Shown here: piece by piece, positions 24,491 through 38,100 of the stretch | How the letters are laid out: the number at the start of each line of letters is the position of its first letter | Numbering within the stretch: the stretch's first letter is position 1 | NCBI GenBank assembly: GCA_036172245.1 | Contig: JAYWIR010000002.1 | Coordinates: 5,022,001 to 5,086,000 of the forward strand | DNA: 64,000 nucleotides | DNA from: Raillietiella orientalis | Lineage: Eukaryota | Reading direction: 5' to 3' | Translations under genes and position numbers: made by a program | The notes under the pieces: generated by a model | The model's database searches: none | What the model was told of the DNA's origin: nothing | The model's input: the letters and a program-made list of their open reading frames with translations, nothing else

Positions 24491-27400
24491 TTCGTTCGGT
24501 GCGACGTTCCTCGCTTCTTGTTGAGGAAGGAAAGGTGAGGAACCGGGAGGAATGAAACGCTCTTGCTTCTCGCATCGAAAGACTTTCAGGCTACGTCCCA
24601 CCACGTGATACGTTGTGTTCTTCAGGGAGCCCGCGGAACCCCTGACCATTTGTAGAGAGGGGATGGGACGTTTTGAATTTTCCTTTCCTCGAAACTCCCA
24701 ACCGATTTAAAATCTGGAGGACCTTGGAGACGACAGGCGAAATGGCGGAGAGGGAGATGGAATCACCTCTGAGCGCCAGTTCGTTTTTCAGCCGACGTAG
24801 GCTGCGCCACTCAGTGCCTGCAGAAAAACATGATCCCTGGAGAACTGTGAGCTTATCCCCGCCCTAGTGTCCAGTGGATGAGGTGGGGGGTCCTCAGGTT
24901 CGCTCACATTCATTCAACAGGCACTTTTGAATCCGGGTCGGCTAAGTGCACCCGCTGGATTCGAAGAACCTGCGATCTTTGGGCGAATTAAACGAGCGCT
25001 TCTGCAGTCTTGGGATGCGTTTTACAGGTCCTTCCTTCCTTGTCTTCCGCCTCGTAATCAGTGCTGACGACCGGAGATGGACGCCATTCGCGAGCTGCAG
25101 CTTTCTGGTTCTGGGCAGCGAAGACAAACCTTTCCTCTCTTTTCCCTCTAGCTTTCCGCCCACAAAGCGTCAGCTTCCAGATTTCAGCCTCACGTGCGCC
25201 CGTGGATGATGCCATCGAACATCACTCAAAGCACCGAGATAGCATCTTGCCTCACCGAGATACTATCTGCATATCGTTTAGGTGTGGTGACGGCGATGTG
25301 TCGAACAGTGGGGAATGCTTTTGGACGCAACCGTGCGTCGGATTCTTCATTCCGACACCTTTCGGCACGAACGAAATGCTGCTGAGGGTCTCCCAATTTT
25401 TCAAAGAAACGCATTCGCCTCCACTGCACAAGACCGGGGTCCCAGCACTGCATGAAGCACCCTGGTCCACGAAACGGTACCGGATAAAAAAAAAAAAAGG
25501 GACAGAGAGAGAGAGAGAGGGATTTTGAAATGGTTTTTTACAATATGAAGGCGGAATGCCTCGTCCGGAAGATTGCTCTAAGATTCCTTCTAAATGGCAG
25601 ATGGCAAAGCAGCTCGGGCAAACCATCTTCCTCTCCCGTTCTGCATCGCAGTCCAGAAGTGGCGAATTTATTTTTGTCATGGGTTTTTGAAGATGCCTCC
25701 GCCCCCGGAGATCGATAACGCGTTCCTCTGATGCAAACCTCTTAGTTTGATTATCCTCCTGTTCTCAGATCAAGGTGTCTTTCGAAAGGTATCATCAGAT
25801 GTACGCAATTCATTTTTCTTCGCCACGTTAGTTGATGGGTGCTTTCCAGATCGATTTATGTTTTATGCATTCGCAAGTGACTCGGCCGAGAACCGGAAAA
25901 ATATGCTCCCAAGTTTTAAAGAGAGCTCGGATCGGAGCAGGAGAGAGGTGTTTGAATTATTTTCCGCGGTGATGATGATGCCCAGGTATCGCTTGATTAA
26001 TTCATGAGCCTCTGAAGGTCTCTCACTTTTATGGCTGATGGTTTCTGGTTGGTTATCAGCACCCGTGCGATGCATCACTTTTTTCACTCGAGTGTTATCT
26101 TCGAACTCTGTCTTGTTTTTCGGCTCCCTCTTCCATTTTTATTCGGAATGGGTGTTCTAAAATCAGCTGTCGAAACAAGTGTTCGCTGTTTTTCAACTTG
26201 ATCGATACACTACATGACACTGAGTTTCCGAGGCAGTCTTCATGCTGAAGCGCATCCCATGTGGGCCTTCTCTCGTTCATCAAGTACGTTCGAAAAAGTA
26301 AGAGGCCACGTCTTAATTATATTGGATAATTAACTGCAAGGCTTGGGTGAATTTTTTTTTTTTTTTTTTCCTCCTATGTAGATCTCGCTTTCATACCATG
26401 GGGTTCGCAGGTGTGCATGCATGTTGGTGAGCCAATGAACACAATTGCGTAGTGATACCTTATGATTCTGGTTAGACTTTTATGAGCTGGTTGCAACGAC
26501 TTGCTTTAGAAACGATGACACATACAAATAATAAAAGGAGAACAGGTGAAACGTTCGGAAGGAGGGGAAAATTTATGAGACTTTCGGCTGCAAGAGAAAC
26601 AAGGAAAACAGTTTGGTTCGCCGTGCTCCTCATCATAACGAATTTTAATCGAATCAGCTGACCAAACATCATCCTTGCGATGGTTGTGCACGCAAATCGT
26701 GGCTGGACCGAAAGAATAGCAGTGGCTGGAAGTAATTTTAGGGTTCCGCACGTCCGAAAAAATGGGGAGAGGGAAAGCAGCGGCGGGGAGGGCAGTCAAA
26801 CAAAAAACGCATCAGCCTCCACAGGCCCGCGTGAACCCAGGACCCGAAGATTTTCAGATGAAACATCGCCATCACGGGCTGAGGAAAGAAAAAGTAAAAT
26901 GAAACCAAGGCAAAGAGTACATTGAGCGCGTCTCAGCGCAGATCAAACTTTTCGCTTATCGAATTCGGAGTTCCTCCAATCGGCTTTCAATGACTGAATA
27001 AACCAAATCCTAAAAAAAGGTGAGGAGTTGGGCAAACACCACTCCGTAGTTACGAGTGGAATGCTTTGACATCCGAACACTGATTCCGTTCCAAGGAGCA
27101 GGTCGCGTTATCTTGGAAGACATCAAAAGAAAGCATTCTTTTGTGGACAAGTCGAGCTATGAGGTCATAACTTTTCGGCGTGGCATGGCTTCACGGCGTC
27201 GATTTTCGAGTGAGAGAGAGAGAGAGAAAAACAAAAAAGACAAAATGAAACTCTGCTTTCGATGAATGGAAGGAAATCGAGGTGGATGCCGATCGAGAGT
27301 GTCGCAAAAAAAAAAAAAAAACAAGAAAAGAAAACTCGACAGGCAGTCCGGATGCTCCCCAGTCTCCCATGGAAGATGGAAGGGAGCACGTGCGGAGAAG

Positions 27401-28089
27401 TTAGCTGCGTCGAGTGGAAGGAATCCTACGAGGGATACTGAAGAAGAAAGAAAGCCATCAGCTCATTTATTCATAAATATAAATCAGCACCAAGAATTCA
27501 AGATAACGAAAGGGCAATCGTCCTTCAGGTTTGCTGAAAGAGCATAAAAATTGTGGCGTTCCAAAGCTAAAATCGCGACAGTAGATGATGCTCGCCAAGA
27601 GCGAATCACGGAATCTAATCTCTAGTACATAAAAGAGCCAAACTGATTTTTTGCAACGATTTTTATGAAAGGGGCGAAGGCGGAAGGCGACCTTCCCACC
27701 GAAAATACAGATCCAAGAAAAACGTCGCGTGAAAGTGGAGGGGGGGAGAGGGGGGGCTAAAAAATACGTTCCTACTGCGCTTCAGGAAATTCGAAAGTTG
27801 CAAATTTCCGCACCTATTTATGGGGATCTTCGAGAACGACGAAGGTGCTTTGGTGGGCTGCCTTTCCGGCTATAGGACGCAATGCTGCTTTTCGTCCTTG
27901 CGTTCATCGCCGCTTCTGAATCGGATTCCCGTGCACCGGCAGCATCCTCATCGGTGTAAGGACAAACGGTCGGTTCGGATGGTTCGATCCGAGAAGCTCT
28001 TTCTGGAGCGCTTCGGATGAGAACAGCGAACGCTTCTCCGGGACCGTACGCAGAGGCACACTTCGATTCCGAGGTCATCATCGTAGGTG

Positions 28090-28270
28090 TTGATCCGTGG
28101 CTTCGCCTCTGCATGTCCTCGCGACTCGTGGTGGCGCAGCGGCCACTTAAAAACTTCCTGCCGCGAACACCCCCCCAAAAGTTTAGGGAGGACGTGCCCG
28201 GCTGCCGATCCGCAGGCGAAACAGACTCGACGTAGACTCCTCGTTGGCCTGTGTCTGTATCTTCCCGCCG
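28090..28270 (-). mobile_element. Retroelement ORF1/Gag zinc-knuckle remnant, copy A
   Basis: RVCFACGSAAGHV (Cx2Cx4-5H); DNA similar to 29820-29945 (shared AAGTTTAGGGAG..ACGTGCCCG). Confidence 0.5.
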
Positions 28271-28998
28271 TCCGTGTGTTCCCGTTGCACAGTGCGGAGC
28301 TGCTCCATGATTCGTTTGCGGAATTTTTGGAAGAAGCTTTAAAGTACAGTACCGTTTGCATTTTCCAGTGAGAAATCTTTCGGGTTGCCAAGAGGCACTT
28401 GACAGATCATGGGATTACCTATTCATGGTAAGGCGATAGTGTTCCAAAGTTTGGTGACTTTTGTACAAGAAAAAAAAAAAAATTAGCATTTTTTTTTTTA
28501 TTGTGTGTGGAATGGAAAGGCTTTTTTTTTTTCTCGAAAATCTCGTGATTTCTTCACGTCGATCTCGAATGTCTTTTTCATCTTATTCCTCCCGCACTCC
28601 CTATCCTAAAAGTATGCCGGAAGACCCCTTTTTCGTTCAAGCCTTATTGGTCGATTCGGAAAAGTCCAGAATTGTTGATTCGTCTGATGGCGATTATCTG
28701 AGACGTTTGATCTGCCTCATCTTGGGCTCGAGTCTGCGTTGGATGCAATCCGGTGGTGGGTCAGCCGTTTGTACGTTCCTTTCGCAAGCTCCGAGAGGTC
28801 TAGGAAGCGAAGGTCCCGAGCCGAGCCGTTCCCTACGGCCTTGCCTTCCTTAGGCTGTGTTCGAAAGATTGTCGGTTCCCTTCCGGGTGCTTTCGGGTAG
28901 GTCTCTGTGATGATAGACTTGAAATTCCTCCTCCTCCTCCACTTTCCGAGTATCGCTCTGCTTGGGTTGAACGAAATGGAAAAAAAAAAAAAAAAAAA

Positions 28999-29200
28999 TT
29001 GTTTTTGTTTTTTCTTGTTTTTTCAGATTTTAATTGTCTTTTCAGATTCGTGGACTCTCTGAGAATGTGGGCACAGTCAGCTAACAGTCTGATTTCCTCT
29101 CCGTCTGGAACAGTGAACAGAAATCGCCTCATGGGATACCGAGATTGCTGATAATGAAGATTCGCTCTTCATTGTGATTCTCGATTTGGATGATTCCTGA
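28999..29200 (+). promoter_or_regulatory. Probable 3' splice site(s) and 5'UTR part of the first coding exon, containing short uORFs
   Basis: U-rich tract ending TTTCAG at 29026 and a second TTTTCAG at 29045; upstream ATGs at 29065, 29154 and 29190. Confidence 0.5.
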
Positions 29201-29587
29201 ATGAAAGCATTCCCCTTGTGTCTCATCAGTGCTCTCTTAAACGTTTACGAATTGAAAGCGGAACAAGACAGCAGCAGCAGCGTCACCTCGATCAAAGTCG
29301 CCTACTTGACGAGTCTGGGGTCAGCCAAGGACCACTCAGCTAGCCCGTTAGGTTTCCAAATTTCCGGTGCTGTGTCGCTAGCCATCGACGAAGTGAACGA
29401 AGCCTCTCTCATACCGGGAGTTAAGCTGACCCTCGTATGGAATCACACGGGAGGAGATGCTTTAGTCAGTAGCAAAGCAGTTACGGAGGGGATATGTGAC
29501 GATGTGGTAGCATTCTTTGGACCGGAAGTGTATTGCAATGTCGAGGCTACAATTGCATCTGCATTTAATCTGCCGATGATTTCATAT
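29201..29587 (+). CDS. Gyc76C: Gyc76C-like coding exon 1 (signal peptide and start of ANF-receptor ectodomain)
   Basis: MKAFPLCLISALL...VAYLTS...ISGAVSLAIDEVN...FFGPEVYCNVEA...NLPMISY; in-frame TGA immediately before the ATG; donor GTAAGT at 29588, phase 0. Confidence 0.92.
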
Positions 29588-32133
29588 GTAAGTGCCTAAG
29601 ACTAGATATGCTTTTTTTTTTTAAAAAAAAGAAAAAAGAAAAAAGAAAGCTAAAAACAAAAATGGCGATGATATTTTATGATTGGCGCTGACCCGTGCAA
29701 ACATGGGGCGAGTTCGGAGGAGTCGCCTTTGCTGTTTCGGGGCTTTGAAGAACCACCGCATCTTGCCCTCGTAGTTTACGTCTCGTACGACGATTTACAT
29801 GAATCGGGAAGGATGGTCAGTTTCTTCCTCCCACACCCTGCTTACCCACAAAGTTTAGGGAGACGTGCCCGCAGCTGTTGATTTGCAAGCGAAAGAGGTT
29901 CGATGGTTGGAGTGCTCGCTTGGTCCGTGCCTGCGTGTCCCTGCCACGAGCTCGAGTGAGCACCCAAGAAGAACCGCTGAGCTTTTAACTTTGACACACG
30001 TATGATTTAGGGATGGGGGGAGGAAGGGAGGGTTAACTGGTCACACCGGTCTCTAAAAGTTTTCCGCTCAAGGCCCGTGGTCGTGCTTGCTTGAAGAGCA
30101 ACCAGGCGTTCGCCCCCTTGACGAGAAGGAGTTTCTGCCGAAAGAGAACGGGGAAGCCGATCCCTGGGTGTTTTAAAGTGTCGCTGGTGTTCTTGCGAGA
30201 GCGGACCTTTTTACGGGTTGATTCTCTTTTCACGGGTTCATCGATCGCAAAAGAGAAACTCTGTGCGCTCGTGAAAGTCTCAGCACCCGTAGCTCTTCCC
30301 GGACCGTGAAGTACATTGTAAAGGCATTCGAATTTCTACTTGAGAAAACGGGATAGCCCGGAGATGACCGTACCGAGGGATGCTCGGTTTCCTGGAGATC
30401 ATCAAGACAGCAACAGGAATGGCGGGATGTGCGGTCTGCGTTGAGATCTGTTCGCTTTATTTCACGTGCTTCCTGGCCCTTCCCGGGGTTGCTGCTTGGG
30501 CGTGGTGAGCCGCGGCGCCCAAACAACCTTCTCGTTCCCCCTATATTTTGATTCCATCTTGCTTTGGTCCACTCTGCTCGTGGCAGTGAGTCCACGAACC
30601 AGTGAATCTCGGCAGCAGACTGTTTCCTGGACGCCGCCGGCTTTTGCTAGCGGTCCTTGCGCTCTGCTCACTTCCGCTTCTCCTTCAGGTAGCTGGCGTT
30701 TTTCGGCAGGAACCGGTCCACGGCAGCCTCCCAGTCGGTCCCTCTTATCGTCATTCCTCGTGCGTCTCGTGCTGCGAATGTTTGTCTTTTTTTGGCGTGG
30801 GCGCGGCAAGACTGCAACACCTTCGGGGACCGACACGTCCCCTGCATTTCGTCAGTCCTTAACCTCCCATTCTGGTTCCCTGCGTCCGATCATCTTCCTG
30901 AAGAGTTCTGCCGTTACCGGCGAACCTTTTGGTCGGCGGATCCCCTCGTTCTCCCTTTCCTCCCTCCACGGTGAAACGCATCCCAGAAGCGGGTAGACTG
31001 TTACCAGGACAGTTGCTTCGCGGCTGCTCCAGTTCGAAAGATATATTGATGGTTGTCTTCGTCTCTCGTTCCGGGACTGCCTTCCTCGTCCTACTTTCGC
31101 GACTCGCTGCGTGAGGAACTGAGAGTTTCGGATGCCACCTCGGTGCGAAAAGTCGGTCGGTTTCCAGGAGCCACGTCTTCCATGCTTGCTGCAGCTCTTT
31201 TTTCAGAGAGCCGGGCAGTGATGCGCGTTGGACTTCCCCGCTGTTTCTCGCCTTTCGCGCTGTGGGCCGCTGCTCCGAAAACCCCTGTGATCTCTTTAGT
31301 GGACCCGGTCTCCCGTGGAATTTCGAGCGAGATGGGGTGGGAAGCTTTGCACTTCTCCGTTTTCTCCGACGCGAACACCTGGGTCGAATCGCCCCCTCAT
31401 TCGAACAGGACCGCCGGAAGCAGCAAACAGCCGACATCTCCGCATGTGCTGCGTCTCCGTGCTGGACCTCCAAGGGTTATCGCAGAGATCACGACGATAT
31501 GCTCGTGAAGCCACTTCGAGAGCAACACTGAGAGCAAAGCAAGACACGCCATCTTGCAAGAGCGCGGCACCCGATCCGACGTCCAGCCTCCCAGGAGGTC
31601 GTTCTCGTCTATCGGATTCGACATCACACACTTCGTTTTTCTCCGAAAAAAAAGACAACCACAACAAGGAGGGAAAGAAGTGAAAATCACGGACGCAATG
31701 CGTCTTTCGTCTTTGTTCGTGAGGCGAGACCCTGGAAAGCTGGAAACAGGAGGCAATGTCACGGACCCTCTCGCTCCTTTTTGATCCGGCGCCCAACGTG
31801 GACCTTGCGGCGTGGATGGGGGAGATCCGGGAACCTGTCGGAATCCGAAATCGTAAGGGCACGACGTGTTCATTTGTTGACAAGGATGCTCATTAGCATA
31901 ATCGATCTTTCCTGAGAAAGCCCATCATCAATCACAGGGGATCTGTGCAGATTCCGGGAACGCGATGGGGCTACTTCTGGCATTTCTTGCTCAACAAGGC
32001 GCTGCCGATTCTTCTCCGCTAAGAGAGCAGCACACGGGCGTCTTCGCGGGGGGTTGAACATCCACGTACCCGTAATTAACGACGGGTGAGCGGCAAACAT
32101 TCGACCGGGGGGGAGCGGCTACGGCCTTCCGCG

Positions 32134-32165
<32 letters not shown>

Positions 32166-35100
32166 AGATAAAGAAGAAAACAGCGCCTTGGTGCGGCGGA
32201 GGCGGAAACTGCTTCGAGTTGGTCCGAAGAGCTCGTGTGCAAATGAAAACCCTCCTCGCTCGGATGGTACAGGAAAAGTTTCCTCCCTGAACTTGACCAT
32301 CTATAGAACTCGCAGGCTTAGGCGCTCGCGGTGGCGGTCTCTTCCCCTTTCGAGCCAAGGGATTGCGTGGCGAGGGCTATGTGTGTGGAACAGCAGCCTG
32401 GCCTCGCACCGCCGCCTTGCTGCTGGTGCGGAGGAGCCCCGAGACAAACCTCCACTTGCCTCACAGTGTGTAACTTCCCCTTCCGTGTCTATGCTACCCC
32501 CTCCCCCCCCAGTTTCCGGTTCCGGCAAGCAGGATTTGAGGACGGCAACCTCCTGGAAATGCCTGAAGAGGGGGAGAGTACTCTTCCTAGGAGGCGACGG
32601 AAGCTCTCTGACTCGCTGGAGCGCAGTGGGACGGTTTCCTCGCTTCCCGGTGATTCCACGGCGCCTCTGCTTCACCGAGGAACTGAGAGGGAGGATGCAG
32701 TCACCTGTTCCCGGCACATTGCATGGCAATTCTACGTGTTCCAATGCGTCTCCCTCAAGTAATGGCGGTAGACTCCCAGAGACGCCAGTGCTGGGCGTGC
32801 CTGATCTCTAACGGATAATCATCTCGTATCTCAGACCATTTTCGAAAAGAGCCCATCCTATGCTGAGTTTTTCTTTCTTTTTTTTTGCTAGCTTGTTGTC
32901 GTGGGATCGAAAATACAGTGGTACCTCAGTGCTCGTCGGTGATCCATTCCGGAACTCGTGACGAGTGCCGAAACCGACGAGTACCGAACGAATGTTTTCA
33001 AATAACCATGATTAACCCTTACAGTGCACAGAAAGTACACAAAAGAAGGCACGATTTTCGAGGCACCCTATGGAATTGGTTGGCACTGTTGCCGAGCTAC
33101 CACGAGACGAAAGCGTCCACTCGTTTCATCATGAGATGCAGATGTCGAGTTGCGGGTGTGCTCTGCCGAGTGTCCAAACATCTTTTTCTCTCGTCGAAAT
33201 GCGACGAGTACTGAGTTTGACAAGTTCTAACACCGTCGAGTGCCGAGGCACCACCATATAAACAAAGGAATGGCGGGAAAGCAGAGGGACGCTCAGCAAG
33301 ACGGAATCTGTGCGACGTCCCGTGTCCTCGGGAGAAAAAGTCACGGAAAAGCCTAGGGGCGAAACGAGTTTCGGGCATAGGGATGCGACACGACCACACT
33401 CCAGTGGGTCGCAATCCAATCGGATCGTCTAATTGATTGTTTTCCTTATCTTTCTCCCCTTCTATCCTTGGCGGACGGGACCGCAGTTTGCAAATGCGGG
33501 CAAGAACCCTGACGTTCGACGTGGGATGCGCGCGAGCAGGCCCACTTAGGAAACTGTCGCTGTGTCTGCTTTATTTTCGAAAGCCTCTCTCTCTACGTGG
33601 GAAAAATGCATCCGTGCTCCCCCCCCCCTCCCCCCGTCCTCTCTGTCACTTCCTGCGTTTTTTTTCTCTTATGCTTCGCGGCTGGTGATTCAGCAGGAAG
33701 ATGTGGCAAGGAAGGAAGAGAAGCACCCACCGCGAGACGACACCGAAACTGTCAGCGTCGGAGACTTTGTGGTTAAGGCTTCCGCGCGTGGCACCACGCG
33801 TCGCGGGATCGAATACTGCGGCAGAAACTGACGCCACTGCGTCGTTGGGTTCCGAGCTTCTCCTGCGATGGCGCTGGTTGGCCGAGACATTCGGGTATGG
33901 CACCTGTGGTGGTTTAAGCCGGAGGCACCCGATGAAGGCCGGAACAATGGGAGTCGACCTTCGATTTTCCTGAGAAAAGCTACAGCGCCCCTTCTGAGTT
34001 TCGGAAGCGTCCCTTCGGGTTCTCTTCAGAGTGAACAGGAGCGGTTCCCTTGCGGGTTCCCTCCGGAGAAGAAATTCCTACAAGCGCATCCTTTCCGGGT
34101 TCCCTTGGGAGAAGATGAAATGGAGAGGACCACCCTCCCATTAGGGGGGTGTCCCTCCGGAGAGAATGAGGAAGGAGATTCCCTTCGGGGTTCCCCTTCG
34201 GAGACAACCAGGGTGGGAGGTGCGATCTTTCCCATCCGGGGGGGATCCCTTCTCAAGCGTGAGAGGAACGGACTCCGAGCCCTTCCTCGATTCATAGGGC
34301 GGACCCCCATTCCGGGGTGCTTCCTGTCCTGAAGAATTACACGCCCCCCTGCGGGGTTGTCGCAGGGGAGAGGCGTGGAAACAAAACAGTGTGTTAAAAG
34401 AGCCAAGTGCGCCGCGAGGCACGCGACCTGCTCTGTGAGGTACTTAGCTAACCAAAAAAAAGGACAACCCGAGCTTGAGGTGATTTCCACCCCATCCCTC
34501 TCGAATGTCTCGGCCATGGCCCTCCCAGGGAAACGCGTTTCATCCTCGGCTTTAATCAGAGGGTGCCTGAAAATATTTCTAGCCCGTTTCTTTCGTAATC
34601 CTCGCCTCCAGTGGACCGTGCACGCGCGCTTTCGCGGCCCTTTCGGGCCTATCCCCCTCCCCTCCTGTTTGCTGGCGTCGAATTGTCAGAATCATCACCT
34701 CTTTGCACACGGAATTCGTAGCGAACGAACCCCGTGTTGGACGGTGTCTTGAAGAGGAAAACACGCGGACCCTAGTGTTCGAATCAGAGGAGCTTCCAGA
34801 TTGCAGCCCAAACCCACATTTCCTCAGCGTGGGATGAAGAGTGGTTAGTTGGAGCGCGGTGCTCGTTTCCTCTTGGAGCGCGGTGCGTTAAGCTGCTCTC
34901 CGCGGCTCGCGGAAGTCCAGGATGCCCATCCTTCCTGATGAGGCTCTATCGGGAGGGAAAGCACTGTGTGTTCGTGTCGTCGACGTCCCGATGCGATTCT
35001 TGTGTGTCCTCTCCTGCCCCCCTTCCCTCTTCTTCCCCGTGGATCGTGAAGATGACCTTACAACGGTCTGCGAATAGTCTGGAAATTTGTCTTCTCTTCA

Positions 35101-38100
35101 AGGGTTCTGGGGGGCGATCCTGGGACAGCATGAATGGTGAGAAAATCTTCCGGATGGACGCAACTGAAACCCGAAGGTCCGTCAGAATTCCTGTCCAGAG
35201 ATGAAGCTCGAAAAGAAAAAAGAAAAAAACAGTATGTGATGAATCCATAAAGTTTCAGATTGACAAAGAATGAATGATGGCATCGCCTATGCAATCCTGA
35301 GTGGCAGCTCTCCGTAGGTCAGGCGTCGAAACTTTCAATCCACTTCGGATTGCTTGAAGTGAATTGAAAGCTGGAAATTTTCTGCGACTTTCTTAAGTGT
35401 CCTCGGAGCATGCGGTCGGAGGTCACGTGGTCTCGGCGGCAACTTTGGGGAAAGCGATCGCACCAACGGGGAAACCTACTTGATGACCGCGTCATCGCTT
35501 TTCGTCGGGCATGATTCCTCTCGTTCCCATCTCGTCGCAGGTGCGGCGCACCATTCGCGCATCTCAGCCTGACAGCCACGCGCTCGGGACGGGTAGGGAA
35601 GGGATAGGAGGGAGGTCGCGTCTTCGGGAGGTCCGCCGGACTCCGGGGACCTGGAGCCCGCCTCGGATTTCCTGGGTCGCTTCGCGAATACCGAACTTCG
35701 GGAGGGGCAACGCATGGACTGATAGCTCCCTGCCCCTTTTGGTAGCGACCGACTCTTCCCCGGTCGGTAGCAGAGCAGAGGCTCCTCGATGCTTCCGGGG
35801 CTGGAGCAGGAACTCTTGGACACCGTTCCTTTCGTTGCCTTGCCTACCGTAGTCTTGCATGGAGTTTGCGCTTCTTGTGATCCATCGTCTTCGGTTCAGT
35901 GATGTCGAACACGTGACAGTCCTCGAAAAGGCACTCATCACACTGCAGCAATGAGAACGCACGCTGGCAGAGGAACAGCTGCCGCGCTCCCCCAGTTTGC
36001 TCTTCTGTTATGGATTTCAAAAAGGTGCTCGTCGGACACCCTTGAAATTGGGTGAGGTCTGAGGAAGTTCGGGAAAGCGAATGGAGGAATCTGATTCGGG
36101 ATACCAATGACGACCGTACGAAGACGGGGAAAAAAGCGTCCCGCTTTGCCACCTTCGATGAGATGCCTCGGTCTTTTTCTTGAAATCATCTCCAGATTCG
36201 TCCTGCATTCTGGAAGGAAATGATACGTGGTCTCGCATCTTAGGAAAAAAAAAAGGTCCAGGCTGAGAAATCGGGATGCAGGAGACAGTTCTATCCGCAG
36301 AATTTCCAGGTTCTCCTGACCTGGAATCGCAGTACTCGGGACAGGCAGAGACTTTGAGAGGGATGTTTTGAGCTCTGTCCTCACGGTTCAATTCGTCTTC
36401 TGATTCCAAGGGCCGTGACGATTGCAGAACTGTGGGTAAACGCATTCCGATGTGGTCCTCACCGTGGTCTAGGTGATGGTGTGGGCGAAGTCGCAAGCGA
36501 CTGCCTTCCCTCCCTTCTTCTCTTCCATCGCAACGTGTTCCTTGACGGTGCGTTGTCTTGAGAGAGGTTCCTGTTCCAAACAATGAGCGGATCCCAAGGC
36601 GACCGGACTTTTAGTCCAGTTTGCTCGAACCTCGAAAAGATGCGTGACCTTTCGTGTTTCGATTCGGGTGCACAGCTCGAAGCGCGCTGAGTTTCCCCTC
36701 TCAGAGGTCGGAGATTCAAAGAGGAGAGGAAGTGGGGGGCTCCACGAAACGGTCTGGAAGCCCTCGAAGACCCTGAATAGCGGTGGTTTCGGACCCCCAG
36801 CGTCGGCGTTGCTTTCCATCTGTTAATCCTAGGAGACTCCACCGCTTCCTGATCATCACTCACCCAGCAATCCTTCGGATTGTTCTGGCCATCGTGCCTT
36901 CGAAAATCTGCTCCGATGCCTGAGTGACTCCCAGCAGATGAGATTTCCTTCAGGAGAACGCAAATCTACAGATGGAGTGTGCTTGATTTGTGGGGTCAGC
37001 GGCGCTAACCGCGAGATTACCCTCTCGTCCCCTTCCCCCCATTTGTCCACCGACGTCTGGAGAACCCTTTCATCCCCAGCCAATGGATATGCTGGAATTT
37101 CGAGCGAATCTCACAGAAATCCTCAGCCGTTTTCAGGGGTCCAGGAGCTCTTTTCCTCCCTTTTCCTTCCCCGGCCGGAAGGCTTGAAGTCAATAAACAC
37201 TGGCGTCTCTTTTGCCGACAGCCGAAAGAGACGTACACCGCGACCTCAGGAGTTGTTGCTTCCTCACCGGTCCGTCGCCCCGACTTCCGGGAAATTCCGG
37301 AAGTACCTTTCACGCGGCGGAAGCGCTGCGATCCCTGGTCGGCTGCGGAACTCCTCGTATCACGTTTGCCCTTTTTTCAGATCTGCGCCCCCTCATGGCT
37401 CGGGGGACACTCACAGGCGTTTCGCGCGTCTCTGACCTTCTTACTCTGTGCTCTGTGCTCGCTTCCAGAGACGCACGTCGGGCGCTCCCCCGGAGTTTCC
37501 GGTAGTTTTGGATTTCACACGCCGCGGCGGGATAGCAGACTTCGGGTTTTCGACCCGTCCTCTTTCCCTTTCTTCGGCATCCCGGCTCTCGGAGTCGTGC
37601 GCCGGCCGATTCAGGAGAGCATTCAGGTTCCAGGAAGCGTTGCTCCTAGCAAGATGCTCATCTCCAGGAAGGGAACGATGCAGGCGCATCTGCGTGATGC
37701 CCTTACAGACTACTGTTGACAGGGTGAGAGTGCGGTGCCAGCGCTGACTGTGGGATTCGTGCTAACTGTGTCGAGAGATGGATGGTCATCCGACCTGAAG
37801 GTTCATAAAACGGCGGAAGGTCACCCCAAGAGGGACCCGTGGTGTTTCGGAGAGCGGGGAGCAAAAAACAGTCGCCACCGATTGCCACTTCACGCAGAAG
37901 TGCTCTCCCGTGCGAGGTGGTGGATCTTTCGACAAATCCAAGCAGGCCAGAATGTTGAGCAGTCCGGTCAGAACTCGGGAGGATTCATCGGGATGCAGAT
38001 CTGTGGAGCTCTCTTTGAGAGTCCGGATGTGGACGTGGGCTCGCCTATCTCGAAGTGAGGGAGGCGGGCGGGCGGGTAGGAAATCTCCTCGCTCACGAAC

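Noticed and set aside
33980..34300. CRISPR-like array of palindromic repeats
   Set aside because: Units are degenerate and contiguous without unique spacers, the context is eukaryotic, and no cas genes are present.
34935..34975. Hammerhead-ribozyme-like core CTGATGAG...GAAA
   Set aside because: Stem II lacks a proper closing pair and no stem I can form with the flanks.
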